A stretch of DNA of 62,995 bases, filler included, from Sanchytrium tribonematis (taxonomy: Eukaryota): NCBI GenBank assembly GCA_018985235.1. It is 10 parts of 10 records of this genome, joined end to end, with 100 filler letters (N's around TTAATTAATTAA, not from the genome) between each part and the next. Parts side by side here need not be neighbours in the genome. Positions count along the whole stretch, not along the records: positions 1 to 24,438 come from JADGIG010000073.1; positions 24,539 to 28,755 come from JADGIG010000749.1; positions 28,856 to 33,070 come from JADGIG010000750.1; 7 more parts are not named here. One strand, written 5' to 3'. Both the position numbers and the translations under genes were made by a program. The notes under the pieces are model-generated. The model did not search any database and had not been told where the DNA came from. It was given only the letters and a program-made list of their open reading frames with translations. Below are positions 18,881-31,384 of this stretch, piece after piece. Position 1 is the stretch's first letter, and each line of letters begins with the position of its first letter.

Positions 18881-20398
18881 ATGACACTAAAAAAGTTTCT
18901 AGACATTTCACTCATTTTGAAAAATATTGATAACCCGATTTATTGCTTGGATTATTTAGTAAATTGGTCAGTTCATATTGAAGAAATAGAAGCACTCGAT
19001 CTAAATGCCCATACTGATTTGTACCAACAACTATATAAATTAAAGCCAAGTGAAGAAAGTGCATTTGGCAAACATTATTACAGAATACTAAGCAATTTTT
19101 TTACTCAATCACCCACAGAAACTGCACTTATATGGCACTATTTAAACGGCTCCAGTAATACCTCACTTATTTATGATGAGGGCGATTTGATGGATTACTT
19201 TATGAGTGTGATTGAATTCGTATTAAGAAATGACGATAAAGAAGGTCCAATTTTACCCATTTCCACTCCGATCATGAGCTTTGATGAAGTAGGGAAGGTA
19301 TTCGAGGATGTGAAGGCCCTAAATCTGCCAGATAGCAATTTATGGAATTACTGTATGTACCTGCTTTGCATTAGACAAGATATGCCTTCATCTAAATATT
19401 TGCAAAGAATGGGAGACTATGTCCCTAGACATTTCAATTCGAAAGGTGATATTCAAATTTTGTTTGCTTTGATGATACAATCTATAAATCAAATTATAGT
19501 CTCAATGAAATCACAAGATAAAAAGAAAATGTTAAGGGATTGTGAAGCTTCTCTTGAAAATATACGAACAAGAAGTAAGGATTTGCATTTAAAAGATTAT
19601 GAATATGTTTCTGCCAGACTTGTACAAGTTTCAAAAGATTTAATGAAATATGACACTTTAGAACATTACGTTGGCTCAAAAGATGGTGAAAATATGTCGC
19701 TTTATTTAAAAGAACTGCAAAAATACTGCTTTTCTTACGATCTAAGTATACCTGTGCAGCATCGACGAATTCCTACATTTTTTAGGACTTTTGAAAAAAA
19801 TTTGAGCTCGAATTATTTTCATAGAACTAATTTTAGCATTTCAGGAAACGCTATTGATTCTTTGTTAAATTCTGAAGAAGTGATTCAGATCTGCGAATTG
19901 GGAGTTTTGTTTTATGATGGCCATCATCCTAGTAGAATATACCTCCAACTTCAACATACAATTTCACAGGCCGAATCTTCTGATTTTAAATATGCCGCGA
20001 TTCTAGGTAGATTAATAGCATGCATTGTGGACTTGGCTCTTGATAATGTCAGTTCTATCGCAAAACTTGACGGGCTTTGTAGAGATGGAATTGCACATGG
20101 TGACAATTTTTTAAAATCTGTTTCTTTGATCATTCGAGGCAAGATATACTTATATGAAAAAGAAGAAGAAAAAGGGATTAAATTATGCTTGCTCGGTTTA
20201 AATGATATCAAGAGGCATCTTGAGATAAACCATCTGAGAGAACTATTTCTTGTATTCTTTAAACAGTATTGTCTAGATTTGGATAATTTGGGCATACTGA
20301 ATCATGTAGATAAATTCAAATACCTTGAAAAGGAGCAACATTTGTATGATTTAAATTTCTCTATACCAATACCTCCAAATAAATTTTTTCAAATCTGA
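18881..20398 (+). CDS. Hypothetical helical protein, 505 aa; possibly a very divergent APC5-like subunit
   Basis: Long ORF. ESAFGKHYYRILSNF...LIWHYL loosely recalls the Apc5 N-terminal motif and the C-terminus looks TPR-like; assignment weak. Confidence 0.7.
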   Translation: MTLKKFLDISLILKNIDNPIYCLDYLVNWSVHIEEIEALDLNAHTDLYQQLYKLKPSEESAFGKHYYRILSNFFTQSPTETALIWHYLNGSSNTSLIYDEGDLMDYFMSVIEFVLRNDDKEGPILPISTPIMSFDEVGKVFEDVKALNLPDSNLWNYCMYLLCIRQDMPSSKYLQRMGDYVPRHFNSKGDIQILFALMIQSINQIIVSMKSQDKKKMLRDCEASLENIRTRSKDLHLKDYEYVSARLVQVSKDLMKYDTLEHYVGSKDGENMSLYLKELQKYCFSYDLSIPVQHRRIPTFFRTFEKNLSSNYFHRTNFSISGNAIDSLLNSEEVIQICELGVLFYDGHHPSRIYLQLQHTISQAESSDFKYAAILGRLIACIVDLALDNVSSIAKLDGLCRDGIAHGDNFLKSVSLIIRGKIYLYEKEEEKGIKLCLLGLNDIKRHLEINHLRELFLVFFKQYCLDLDNLGILNHVDKFKYLEKEQHLYDLNFSIPIPPNKFFQI

Positions 20399-20408
20399 TT
20401 CGAGGCCA

Positions 20409-20750
20409 ATGAACAAAATATTAATTCCAGAAGATATGATTCAGATTTTATCAGATTATGTTAAATCAGTTTTGGAAGATAAACCAGCTGATTTATTAGA
20501 GTGGAGTACCAAATATTTTGAAAATGAAAACAAGGATTATGCAAGAATTTTCCTTAAACACAATGCCTTGGACTCTGATGTCAGATTAGACTTGACTAGT
20601 GTCCTCTCTTTATACAGAAATGAAGAGCTGCAGAACCATATTTGTAGTGGAGAGCATTCAACAAGTAAAGACTATCTAAGAGCTATTCTAGACTATCAGT
20701 TTTATCCCAAAAAGATAGAAATTGAGGATTATTTGAACCAAAATAAATAA
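20409..20750 (+). CDS. RIIa dimerisation/docking-domain protein (ropporin/radial spoke RSP11-like)
   Basis: IPEDMIQILSDYVKSVLEDKPADLLEWSTKYF matches the RIIa D/D consensus. Confidence 0.75.
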   Translation: MNKILIPEDMIQILSDYVKSVLEDKPADLLEWSTKYFENENKDYARIFLKHNALDSDVRLDLTSVLSLYRNEELQNHICSGEHSTSKDYLRAILDYQFYPKKIEIEDYLNQNK

Positions 20751-22011
20751 TTATACAAATTTCTTTATTGAATTTCCTCTTCTGCTTCTATAAACTGTCA
20801 CTGCTGCAACTAGTCCTGCTTGTGCGATAAAAAAGTATATTAAATACTTCAAAATAGACCATACAGCCTCACTTAATTTAGATTCTGTAACTTTGGCATG
20901 CTCGTCTTTAAAAGAATTTGTTTGGCCTTGCTTCATTAAAAAAGAATACCTGAACTCTAATAATTAGATCTTTTAACTGATCAATTTCTGATTTAAAATC
21001 TCTTTGTAATTCCTGTAATTTGGCAAGAGCGGGTCCAAAATCCACTGTCGTTCCGAAAGAGGATCCACGATTATCTGAATATTTTTGAATTGCATCTGTT
21101 AAAGATTGAAGCTTATTAGAGTCAAAATCTGATAGTTTTGATGATATTTTAGCCATCTCTGATTTAATATTTGAAATCTCGACTTTCAATTCTGTAACTC
21201 CTCCTTTGTCCAACGGTGGTTGCGAAGTCTCTGCATGCTGCTTTTGATCTTCCAGTTTTTTCTCATATTCTTGAACCTTCTTTAATTCTTCGGAAGAAAC
21301 CTCAGGTGCCTTAGAACCGTCTTTTTCCTTGGCATCAAGATCAAACAACAAAAAGGATATTAAATCGTGATCATCTGGATTAATACTTGATTCGGCTCCT
21401 ATAACAATGGAATGATCTTTGGGTAGGTCAATTTTCACTGAGAAGCACTCAATCGTTGAATCGCTATCTCCTAAGGCCAGGCTCAATTGGGACTCCTTAT
21501 AAGTCAGTTTCACTAGGTAATTTTTGAATGAATTTCTATAATTATTAAAGCATCCCTCTTTCCTATATTTGGTGTAATCTCCTGAATTGGCAATGGTTTG
21601 CGCTCCATCAGTTTGCACCAGAGCAGTGTGCTGTCTCATTCCGCTTTGAGAATTACCATTAAATATTATCCCAACACCCTTTAAATTAGGAGCGACGCCT
21701 AAAGGTCCAAAGTTATCAAATTTAGGATCCTCCGCAAAATATATTGCGAAACCATTACCACCATATTGACCACCTGTTACTCTAAATTGTGCTTCGATTC
21801 TAAAGTTTTTATACGGGACTTTTCCGCTTACAACATGTCCTTTTGACCCTACCAAAGAATTTGCCAATCTTAAAGCTAGTGGATTATGTTGTGCTATTTT
21901 AGTTTTCCAAAAAGGAATCTCGCCCACCTTTGGAAAAAAGTAAGGCGTCTTCAGTATAAAATGCCAGTCTAACCTTTCAAATGAAAATAACAAAATTAAT
22001 GTTAGCAACAT
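20751..22011 (-). CDS. L-type lectin cargo receptor (ERGIC-53/LMAN1/Emp47-like); exons 22011-20950 and 20930-20751
   Basis: Lectin motifs GGNGFAIYF, GVGIIFN and DDHDLISF; coiled coil. After a 19-nt intron, a TM segment and C-terminal KKFV di-lysine/dihydrophobic sorting signal. Confidence 0.88.
20931..20949 (-). other. 19-nt GT-AG intron
   Basis: gtattcttttttaatgaag, phase 0; joins the lumenal domain to the TM and KKFV tail. Confidence 0.85.
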
Positions 22012-22046
22012 GTTTGGAAAATTTTCAGCAACATGAAAAATATTTA

Positions 22047-23938
<1,892 letters not shown>

Positions 23939-24042
23939 TTTACTTTTTAACGACACAATCTTTAGTATCTTATTAATGAAAATTTTCTTTTACTTGCAAA
24001 TTAAATTGTCGAACTAATTCAATTTACTTAAAAAAAAATTGT

Positions 24043-24213
24043 TTAGGCGCTTTTTAAATTTTTCATCACACAAGAATAAAAAAGTTGAAATTCTTTTTCG
24101 CATTTACCTTTGCTCATTTCCATCGCAAATTTGGCACAGCAGGATCCATAGGACAGAGATTGTGGTCCACAATTGATTATGGACTTTTGAAGACGGGACA
24201 ATGGCCGTGTCAT
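24043..24213 (-). CDS. Twin-CX9C-type small protein, NDUFAF8-like complex I assembly factor
   Basis: CGPQSLSYGSCC...SKGKCEKEFQLFYSCV pattern; first ATG at 24213. Confidence 0.7.
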   Translation of the reverse strand: MTRPLSRLQKSIINCGPQSLSYGSCCAKFAMEMSKGKCEKEFQLFYSCVMKNLKSA

Positions 24214-24332
24214 AATTTTCGCTTTGATCAATTAGTACCAATAATGGAAATTGATCTGCCGTCACGTTGATATTTGGCCAATCATGTGACGTTTTATAAA
24301 AGTATTTAAAGACCTGAGGGGAGAACTTGTGA

Positions 24333-24438
<106 letters not shown>

Positions 24439-24538
24439 NNNNNNNNNNNNNNNNNNNNNNNNNNNNNNNNNNNNNNNNNNNNTTAATTAATTAANNNNNN
24501 NNNNNNNNNNNNNNNNNNNNNNNNNNNNNNNNNNNNNN
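24439..24538. other. Artificial contig spacer
   Basis: N44-TTAATTAATTAA-N44; stop codons in all six frames. Confidence 0.98.
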
Positions 24539-24727
24539 CTTGCAGAAAATTACAAGAATTTTGGAACAACCTTGGAATTTGTTACCGATAAAAGTAGTGA
24601 AGGAAATCAATTTGTTAAAGGTATAGGTGGTATTGGAGGTATTTTGAGATATCAAGTTGACTTTACTGAGCTTGCAGCATATGACGAAGAGTCTGATGAT
24701 TATTTTTCAGATGACGATTTCATTTAA
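24539..24727 (+). CDS. SUP45: Eukaryotic release factor 1, 3' fragment
   Basis: [42 protein letters not shown] followed by an acidic tail. Confidence 0.93.
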   Translation, partial: LAENYKNFGTTLEFVTDKSSEGNQFVKGIGGIGGILRYQVDFTELAAYDEESDDYFSDDDFI

Positions 24728-24903
24728 TAAACCAAAGGTACGAAGAAAACTTTGCCCTGGCTAAAAATACATTGAATTCTTTGGTTCGGAAAGATTTACG
24801 AATCACAGTTGAAACACAGGGCCAAGCGTCTTGTTGCCAATCAGATCGTGTAAATATATTAACAAGACAATTAAAAAGACAGTTACTCTCACAGATACCA
24901 CAA

Positions 24904-25998
24904 ATGCTTTTCACAGTTGGAATTTTCGGTTCTCAATGCTCTAACACTGACAGAGTTAGAAAAGAAGTTAGGGATATGACTCCTGAAGACTGGGCAGATT
25001 ACAAGCAGGCGCTTCGAGCTATGCAAACAGATGGCTCGTACCAAAAGCAAGCCCAGATACACGTTGACATATTCGGAAAAGTACACGGAAATTACGTTTT
25101 TGCTCAATGGCATAGAATTTATTTATGTCAATTCGAGGATGAAGTTCGAAAACATGCAAACAACAAAGCTCTCTCTATTCCATACTATGCTGCTTGGGAG
25201 GACTCTTACAAATATGGAGCCACAAATTTAGATCAATCACCAGTTTTTTCAGAACAATATTATGGTGCCGGAAAAGGTGATGGAAGTTGTGTAACTTCAA
25301 GTGCACAAACCATTTTTGAGTCAGCTTCGACGAATGTCGGTGGAAATCATTGCGTTCAACGTAAATATGACCACTCTAGGGCCGTCAGTGGACGTGACGC
25401 TGTTACCCAATTATACAAAAATAGCAACGATTTTAAGCAATTTAGCGATCTTTTACAGGTTGGTTATCACGCGGAACAACATTTATTTATTAACGGAGAT
25501 ATGGGTCAGCATTATAGTGCAAATGACCCTATATTTTTCGCCCATCATGCCTCAGTAGACTATTTGTATGACGAATATCAAGATGCACACAATGACTACG
25601 ATCCAAACTCTATCCCTGAAAACTCCCAGCAAGCTGCCATCTTTTCACAATATACATATGGTGATGCGCACGCAAACAAAGTTTGTTGTGTGACTTACGT
25701 TCCTTATGGAGGCGGAAATGCGCCTGCACCTACCAATGAAACAGCTCAAGTTGTTGTGAACAAAAAGGCATCTGATGCAGATATGGCTAAATTGGGTATC
25801 AGTCCCGAACAAGCAGCAAAACAAGACCAATGGAATTCCTTTAAAGAATCTGTTGCGAACAACTCAAACATTCCATTCATCAAAGATTTACTAAATGGAA
25901 ACAACACTGCTGGTGTAAAGCCAAAGACAGGCTCATCATCGGTATCAATGGTATCTTCTTCTATGATTGGTGTGTTCATACTTTCCTTTTTCTTTTAA
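24904..25998 (+). CDS. Secreted, probably GPI-anchored tyrosinase-family (type-3 copper) protein
   Basis: RVRKEVRDMT; CuA IH...VH...FAQWHR; CuB YHAEQH...GDMG...SANDPIFFAHHASVD. Short hydrophobic N-terminus; Ser-rich then hydrophobic C-terminus. Confidence 0.88.
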   Translation: MLFTVGIFGSQCSNTDRVRKEVRDMTPEDWADYKQALRAMQTDGSYQKQAQIHVDIFGKVHGNYVFAQWHRIYLCQFEDEVRKHANNKALSIPYYAAWEDSYKYGATNLDQSPVFSEQYYGAGKGDGSCVTSSAQTIFESASTNVGGNHCVQRKYDHSRAVSGRDAVTQLYKNSNDFKQFSDLLQVGYHAEQHLFINGDMGQHYSANDPIFFAHHASVDYLYDEYQDAHNDYDPNSIPENSQQAAIFSQYTYGDAHANKVCCVTYVPYGGGNAPAPTNETAQVVVNKKASDADMAKLGISPEQAAKQDQWNSFKESVANNSNIPFIKDLLNGNNTAGVKPKTGSSSVSMVSSSMIGVFILSFFF

Positions 25999-26283
25999 AT
26001 AAACATTTTTCATTTAAAGTTATCAATTGTCACTAAATTTGAAATCGATTGGCACAAATAATGAAGGGCGCATTTATGTCATAGGAAGTAATTCAACTTG
26101 AAGTGAAAATTGAATATTGAAGATATATTAAATCTTGGCATGCTATCCTCAACTGCCCTAATTAGTTACTCTGAAACTGTCGATTTCCCCTGAACGAACA
26201 TTCGATTCGATCCCCATTTTAATGATCGATCAGATACGTATAAAAAGGTATATAAGCCATATTGCCGAATCTTACTCTAGTCA

Positions 26284-27018
26284 ATGATATATTTGATCCC
26301 AGCTATTCTTATAACTGTAGCTAGTCTTTTCGGATGTTGGTTCGCTCAATCTGTCTTTCCTAAGAGAGGCAAAGTGTTTATCCTTATATTAGTGGGATTT
26401 CTTTGCTGTTTAGTAATTGAAGCATCTATTGTGGTTGAGCAGGTCTATAATCAAAAGATGATCAGATCGATAGTTGAATCGATCGCTTACATAGCTGTGT
26501 TTACCATAGTTAATCTGCTTTATGTCCTGAGAATTCAATCTCTAGGAGTCAAAAGAGACCAATTTGCGAAATTCACTGGCCATTTATTCTGGATTTTAGC
26601 CGTTTTGATTGTTTCATTCAATTTGCTGCAGACTTACGGTATAATTTCAGATTGGATTCATTTCTGGGTTACGATATTCCTATTTGCGATAGCCTACATT
26701 ATTGAAACAGTATTATACCACCGACTCATAAAGGCGTCAGATTTTATGCTTGCATACAGACGCCGAGTCAAAAAACGGGTGATTTTCAAGGCCAAGGTTT
26801 ATTTTGTGATCCTCGTTATGCTTGAAGCTTTGTATATGTTCATCAAATGCTTCTATATGAACACTAATTCTATCAAAGATCATGTTAAAGTTTTCTCTTT
26901 CTGTATAAGACTATTTATTGTAATAGATTTCTATAGAGACTTGATAAAAGCCTACAGACAGGACGAAGAAAACGACTATATAGCTGGAAGCTATTTTCAA
27001 TACAATGACTTTGAATAA
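26284..27018 (+). CDS. Compact 7TM membrane protein, paralog 1
   Basis: Seven hydrophobic segments in 244 aa; shares LYxxRIxSLG and RLFIVxDFY with its neighbours. Confidence 0.8.
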   Translation: MIYLIPAILITVASLFGCWFAQSVFPKRGKVFILILVGFLCCLVIEASIVVEQVYNQKMIRSIVESIAYIAVFTIVNLLYVLRIQSLGVKRDQFAKFTGHLFWILAVLIVSFNLLQTYGIISDWIHFWVTIFLFAIAYIIETVLYHRLIKASDFMLAYRRRVKKRVIFKAKVYFVILVMLEALYMFIKCFYMNTNSIKDHVKVFSFCIRLFIVIDFYRDLIKAYRQDEENDYIAGSYFQYNDFE

Positions 27019-27525
27019 TAAAAAATGTATGTTATTTTGCTTTCATGGTAATAAATACAAGAAAAAGTCGCCAGATAGAGAGGACGTCAAATTTCAGCAC
27101 AAATTCCACAAAATTCGACTACCTTGTTTGGTTCAGCAAATAAAAAAGACAGTTTCAGCATCTTTTGCTTTTTTTCGTTCTAGGGTAGTTCCCGTAAGCG
27201 AGATCAAGATCCAGTCCAGAGCTCACAATTGCCAACATGGGGCTGCATGAAAAGGGACTGCGTGGTTGAGTGACGTCCAAACTAATTATGACTCATGAAA
27301 TCACCACCATCTAAAAATATTTCTACGGATCGAAAGGAGATCTCATGCTTTTTTGGAAATACGCAATTGTGGAAAATCAATGATTTGTTAACTGATTGAG
27401 AAGCATTTTTATTTTGGTGTTTTCGATCGCCTAAAATTATTTCATGTTTCAGATCAATATTCACATGCACGTAATGGTGACTCAACCGATAAGTTTAACA
27501 AAACTCCAAGGGCGACTAAATTGCA

Positions 27526-28251
27526 ATGAAACATATTTTAGTCGATATATTTTGCTTTTCGGTTGCTATAATAAGTATAGCCGGCAGCTTGTTTGCTTAC
27601 TCTGTATTTCGAAAAAGAGGGAAAATATTTGGAATGGTGCTACTTGGTTATATATGCTGCAGCGTTTTCGAATGGATGGTACTTGCAAACACTATGTTTT
27701 CTATACCAATAATTAATTTATCAATCACAAATATTGCTTATGTGGTGGTATGGGGTTTGACTCAAATGCTGTATTTAATTCGGATTTATTCCTTGGGAAT
27801 CGAAAAGACTACTAAGAATCGTATAATATCTCTGATCATTTGGATACTACCAATTCTTTCAGTTCTGATAAGTGTATTACAATATAATGCTTTATTGAGT
27901 AATTTTGCAGCGTATGTCCTTTTAATCTCCGTTGAATTTATTTCTTTTGGAGTAGAATCGATGTTGTTTGATCAATTGATGAATGTGATACATCTAATGC
28001 TAGTCTATCGCCCCAAATTAGTACAACGCCTGACAAAAAAATCAGTTTTCTATTTTTATCTTTTGATCGTGACACAAGTCATTTATTTGATAGGTAAGAC
28101 AATTTCTTACAGCTGTCCATTTGATGCTGAGCATATCAAAATTGTGTCTTTTGGGTTAAGGTTGTTCATTGTCACTGATTTCTACAAAGATATTACGAAA
28201 TCATACAGAACAGATGAAGAAATACAAAGCATTGTGTACCCAAATCTTTAA
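27526..28251 (+). CDS. Compact 7TM membrane protein, paralog 2
   Basis: Colinear with paralog 1: SVFxKRGK, LYLIRIYSLG, MLxYR, HIKIVSFGLRLFIVTDFYKDI. Confidence 0.8.
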   Translation: MKHILVDIFCFSVAIISIAGSLFAYSVFRKRGKIFGMVLLGYICCSVFEWMVLANTMFSIPIINLSITNIAYVVVWGLTQMLYLIRIYSLGIEKTTKNRIISLIIWILPILSVLISVLQYNALLSNFAAYVLLISVEFISFGVESMLFDQLMNVIHLMLVYRPKLVQRLTKKSVFYFYLLIVTQVIYLIGKTISYSCPFDAEHIKIVSFGLRLFIVTDFYKDITKSYRTDEEIQSIVYPNL

Positions 28252-28343
28252 AATTAAAATAAATTGAACCATTTCGCTATAAAAATTCAACTAAAAGTGG
28301 CCGTACCGAATAGTTCCGACATTGACACTCCAGTTCGGCTTCC

Positions 28344-28755
28344 ATGAAACTTGCCCTAGCGATTTGGTTATTTCTATCAATTTGCCTAGTCTCTGTGTTC
28401 TTGGGTATTTATTACTGCATTAGTGTCTTCACGAAGAAAAGCAAAATATACTATCTAGTGGTTGCGACCTATTTGTTCAGTGGTGGAGCCGCAGTCTCAC
28501 TCGCGTTACGAAATATAGATGAAAATTGGTGGAGTTTTGGCGTTTTTATCATATCATACTATACTTCTTATCTGATTACAAATTTGCTATATTTTTATCG
28601 TCTTAAATCGATCGGAGGTGAGAATACATCAGTGATCACCCTATGCAAATTTTCATTTTGGTTATTGGCATTATTGATAATTGCTAACAATATTTTGATT
28701 TTTATGGGATCTATTTCTGGTTTAGTCTTTAGTGTATTTGCTATTTTGTTATATT
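28344..28755 (+). CDS. Compact 7TM membrane protein, paralog 3; 3' truncated by the contig end
   Basis: SVFTKKSKIY, NLLYFYRLKSIG, FWLLA. Confidence 0.75.
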
Positions 28756-28855
28756 NNNNNNNNNNNNNNNNNNNNNNNNNNNNNNNNNNNNNNNNNNNNT
28801 TAATTAATTAANNNNNNNNNNNNNNNNNNNNNNNNNNNNNNNNNNNNNNNNNNNN
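28756..28855. other. Artificial contig spacer
   Basis: N44-TTAATTAATTAA-N44. Confidence 0.98.
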
Positions 28856-29537
28856 TAGAGGTCAATTTCTCTTCATTTTCAATCACATTTAATTTCAATC
28901 TAGGCAATACAGTCTGTTTTGAATCTTTATTTTGATACTCTCTACAATATAATGAGTCATGTAGTAATCCATATGGCTGTATTGGGGTTAATTTACCATA
29001 TTTTACATGATAATTTGCAGTATTTTTGCCATTTGACACAATCAACTCGCAATGAGTTGTACACACCAATTCAATATTATAAGTATCAAATAACAATTTA
29101 GCATATTCATTAGATCGCATTTCAATTTGTTGATATTGTCGATTTCCATCTGTTCCCATCCAACAACTCAATTTTGTCACAAAATCTTCTAAAATATGAC
29201 ATTTAAACTGTGAATTGACCACCACCATCCCATCTGGATCCTTGATCGTATTTATAGAGTATGTCGTTTGTTGTCTATTGTTGCCAACTTGAATCGCTAA
29301 TAATAATTCTGGTTCACCATATTCTGAGCCATGTAATTTCAAATAATATTGTAGATTGCTCCATTTATAAGATACGGCAACATAGTGTTTATTGCCATGA
29401 GTGAATTTGTATTTGTAATTGGGCAATAATGTCATGATTTTACTATCTTGTGCCTTTTGATAGAAATCAGAATAATAGCATTTAATATTAATGGATTTGA
29501 ATAATGAAATGGCATTTAATAGTAGTAAAAACAACAT
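28856..29537 (-). CDS. Orphan secreted protein, family member A; 3' truncated
   Basis: MLFLLLLNA leader; CHILED...SCW...MRSN and LYCR motifs shared with the genes at 30235 and 31385. Confidence 0.75.
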
Positions 29538-29594
29538 TATGAAAGGGGGATATGCGCAAGTCATTATGGTCAAATGATGGCGTCATTTCATTTA

Positions 29595-30101
29595 TTATTT
29601 TTTGCGACAAATGGCAAATGATTTCTTCAAATGACTCGAAAATGTCTTGTATTCTTTTAATGGCGGTGAATAAATATGCAAACTCACTGCATTCTCATTT
29701 GAATGGTTTCCAACTTGATGAATCCCACTCGTTTGAATATACGCCAAATCATTTTCAAGTAATATTTGATGTTGTTTGACTTGTAAATCACCATTATATT
29801 GTATTTCATGTAATTCACCTTGTAATATCTTCATAAAACAATGTGAATTGCCATGATCATGAATGGGTGATTTTTGATTGGGTCCCCAACATAATACCAA
29901 TATTGTATAATTCGCATTCCCGTATACCAAATGACGTGTATATTTGTATGGATTAAATTGAATATATGATGCCCAATCCATTTTTAATGATTTATAAAGG
30001 ATTAATTGATTTTTAATTTGATTTGAATTGATATTTTCTGATTCTTTGGATAATTCTGTATCTATTGTGGATATCATGGATTGCCATGTGATGGTGGTCA
30101 T
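29595..30101 (-). CDS. CDO1: Cysteine dioxygenase
   Basis: YTRHLV, LCWGPNQKSPIHDHGNSHCFMKILQG, GIHQV, AVSLHIYSPP; three His ligands and the Cys-Tyr crosslink residues present. Confidence 0.93.
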   Translation of the reverse strand: MTTITWQSMISTIDTELSKESENINSNQIKNQLILYKSLKMDWASYIQFNPYKYTRHLVYGNANYTILVLCWGPNQKSPIHDHGNSHCFMKILQGELHEIQYNGDLQVKQHQILLENDLAYIQTSGIHQVGNHSNENAVSLHIYSPPLKEYKTFSSHLKKSFAICRKK

Positions 30102-30234
30102 TATGTCAATGGAATTGAAAGGAATAAATAGTTTAGAGTGCCAATCATTGTACAAAATAGACCTTGGACCAATCAAATTGTCGTATTTTAAATTGTTGAC
30201 TGAGCATTGTGACACAAGAATCATACTAAATAAT

Positions 30235-31254
30235 TTATTGCTCCAAATAGTAATTGGAATCTACTAAAGACTCAGTATCAGCAGGATCATTGTCAATTTG
30301 AAATGACTCAGAAGTTCCGAAAACAAACACAACAGTTGGATTTTGCAATCTCAAAACAGTTTCGCCGTCCAATTCAAAACTTTTAGATTCGGATCTAGTT
30401 TCCTGCTGCCCTGCTGACTTTAAAGCAGACTCATCAGAGTTATCTGAGCTTTCCTCTTCAAAATAATTAACCATTAAATTGAAACTATTGCCTTTTCCTT
30501 TTTCAAGATAAAGTTCAACATCACCTAAAGTTTCCCCAGAAGAGGAGTGGACTCGATACCACGTATGTGTCGCAATATTTGCTGACGTTTCATAAACCAA
30601 ATACTTTCTCTCCGTATGCAAACCATCAGACACCTTTAAAGCCAATGATTTGAAACTATTTGCAGTTTCTACGCTGTCGTCAGCTTGATGTGTTCGGCAA
30701 TATACTCCCTCATGTCCAATTGCAAATGGTTTTAAAGTTGCCATTTCCCCAAAATCGACTGTTGCCATTGTAAAAAGAAGATAAGCATTGATGTTGCAAA
30801 AATAAGCACATGGAACACTCAATTGAATGAGTTCCTGTTCATTGTCTTTAAATGTGACTGATCCTGTGTTGGATCGAATGGTGTTTGTAGCAAATAGTTG
30901 CGAAGATTCTTTCCAACAACTAACTTTCACTTTAACATCTTGTAATACATGACAGACGAAAAACCCGATTCGCATCTTGGGTGGACCTCTCTTCACATAG
31001 AAATAACCATTATTACGTTGAGATAGATCAAAGACATTCTTTTGCTCACCATTTCCTAGTGTCAATTGTAAATTAGACTCAACGAGATTTAGTGTAGTAA
31101 ACAATTGATGTCCACCGTTCTCAGTCCATGTATCGGGCTTCCCGTCAGACCTCAAGTTTAGTACTGTACTCTGGCCATTGTTGTAGTTGCATCTCAGTTC
31201 CAACTCATATGGTTTAAACATGTATGCATTCAACAGAAATAGCAAGTAGAACAT
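30235..31254 (-). CDS. Orphan secreted protein, family member B
   Basis: MFYLLFLLNA leader; CHVLQD...SCW...IRSN, VYCR, ELYLE. Confidence 0.78.
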   Translation of the reverse strand: MFYLLFLLNAYMFKPYELELRCNYNNGQSTVLNLRSDGKPDTWTENGGHQLFTTLNLVESNLQLTLGNGEQKNVFDLSQRNNGYFYVKRGPPKMRIGFFVCHVLQDVKVKVSCWKESSQLFATNTIRSNTGSVTFKDNEQELIQLSVPCAYFCNINAYLLFTMATVDFGEMATLKPFAIGHEGVYCRTHQADDSVETANSFKSLALKVSDGLHTERKYLVYETSANIATHTWYRVHSSSGETLGDVELYLEKGKGNSFNLMVNYFEEESSDNSDESALKSAGQQETRSESKSFELDGETVLRLQNPTVVFVFGTSESFQIDNDPADTESLVDSNYYLEQ

Positions 31255-31309
31255 TTGTCTCGAGGGACAATTGCGCAAATTTGATTTTGTTGCATCCTGG
31301 TAGTACAAA
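31225..31309. repeat. Duplicated promoter plus signal-peptide cassette, copy 1
   Basis: Two 34-nt blocks (31225-31258, 31276-31309) identical to 32300-32333 and 32350-32383. Confidence 0.92.
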
Positions 31310-31384
31310 GGAGTGCATTGTTGTACGGTGTCACATTGACTAAAAAATGTAGCAGATGCACGGTGTGTTTTAAATTTCATTTAT

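Noticed and set aside
24772..24903. Upstream TTG/GTG or distal-ATG extensions of ORFs (tyrosinase, CDO1, 31380, 38732, 38791, 45663, 52201)
   Set aside because: Eukaryotic genome; homology, leader peptides and CCC motifs point to the downstream ATGs, and several extensions would run into neighbouring genes.
26284..28251. 7TM proteins as microbial rhodopsins
   Set aside because: No recognisable helix C RYxDW or helix G DxxxK retinal-binding motif.
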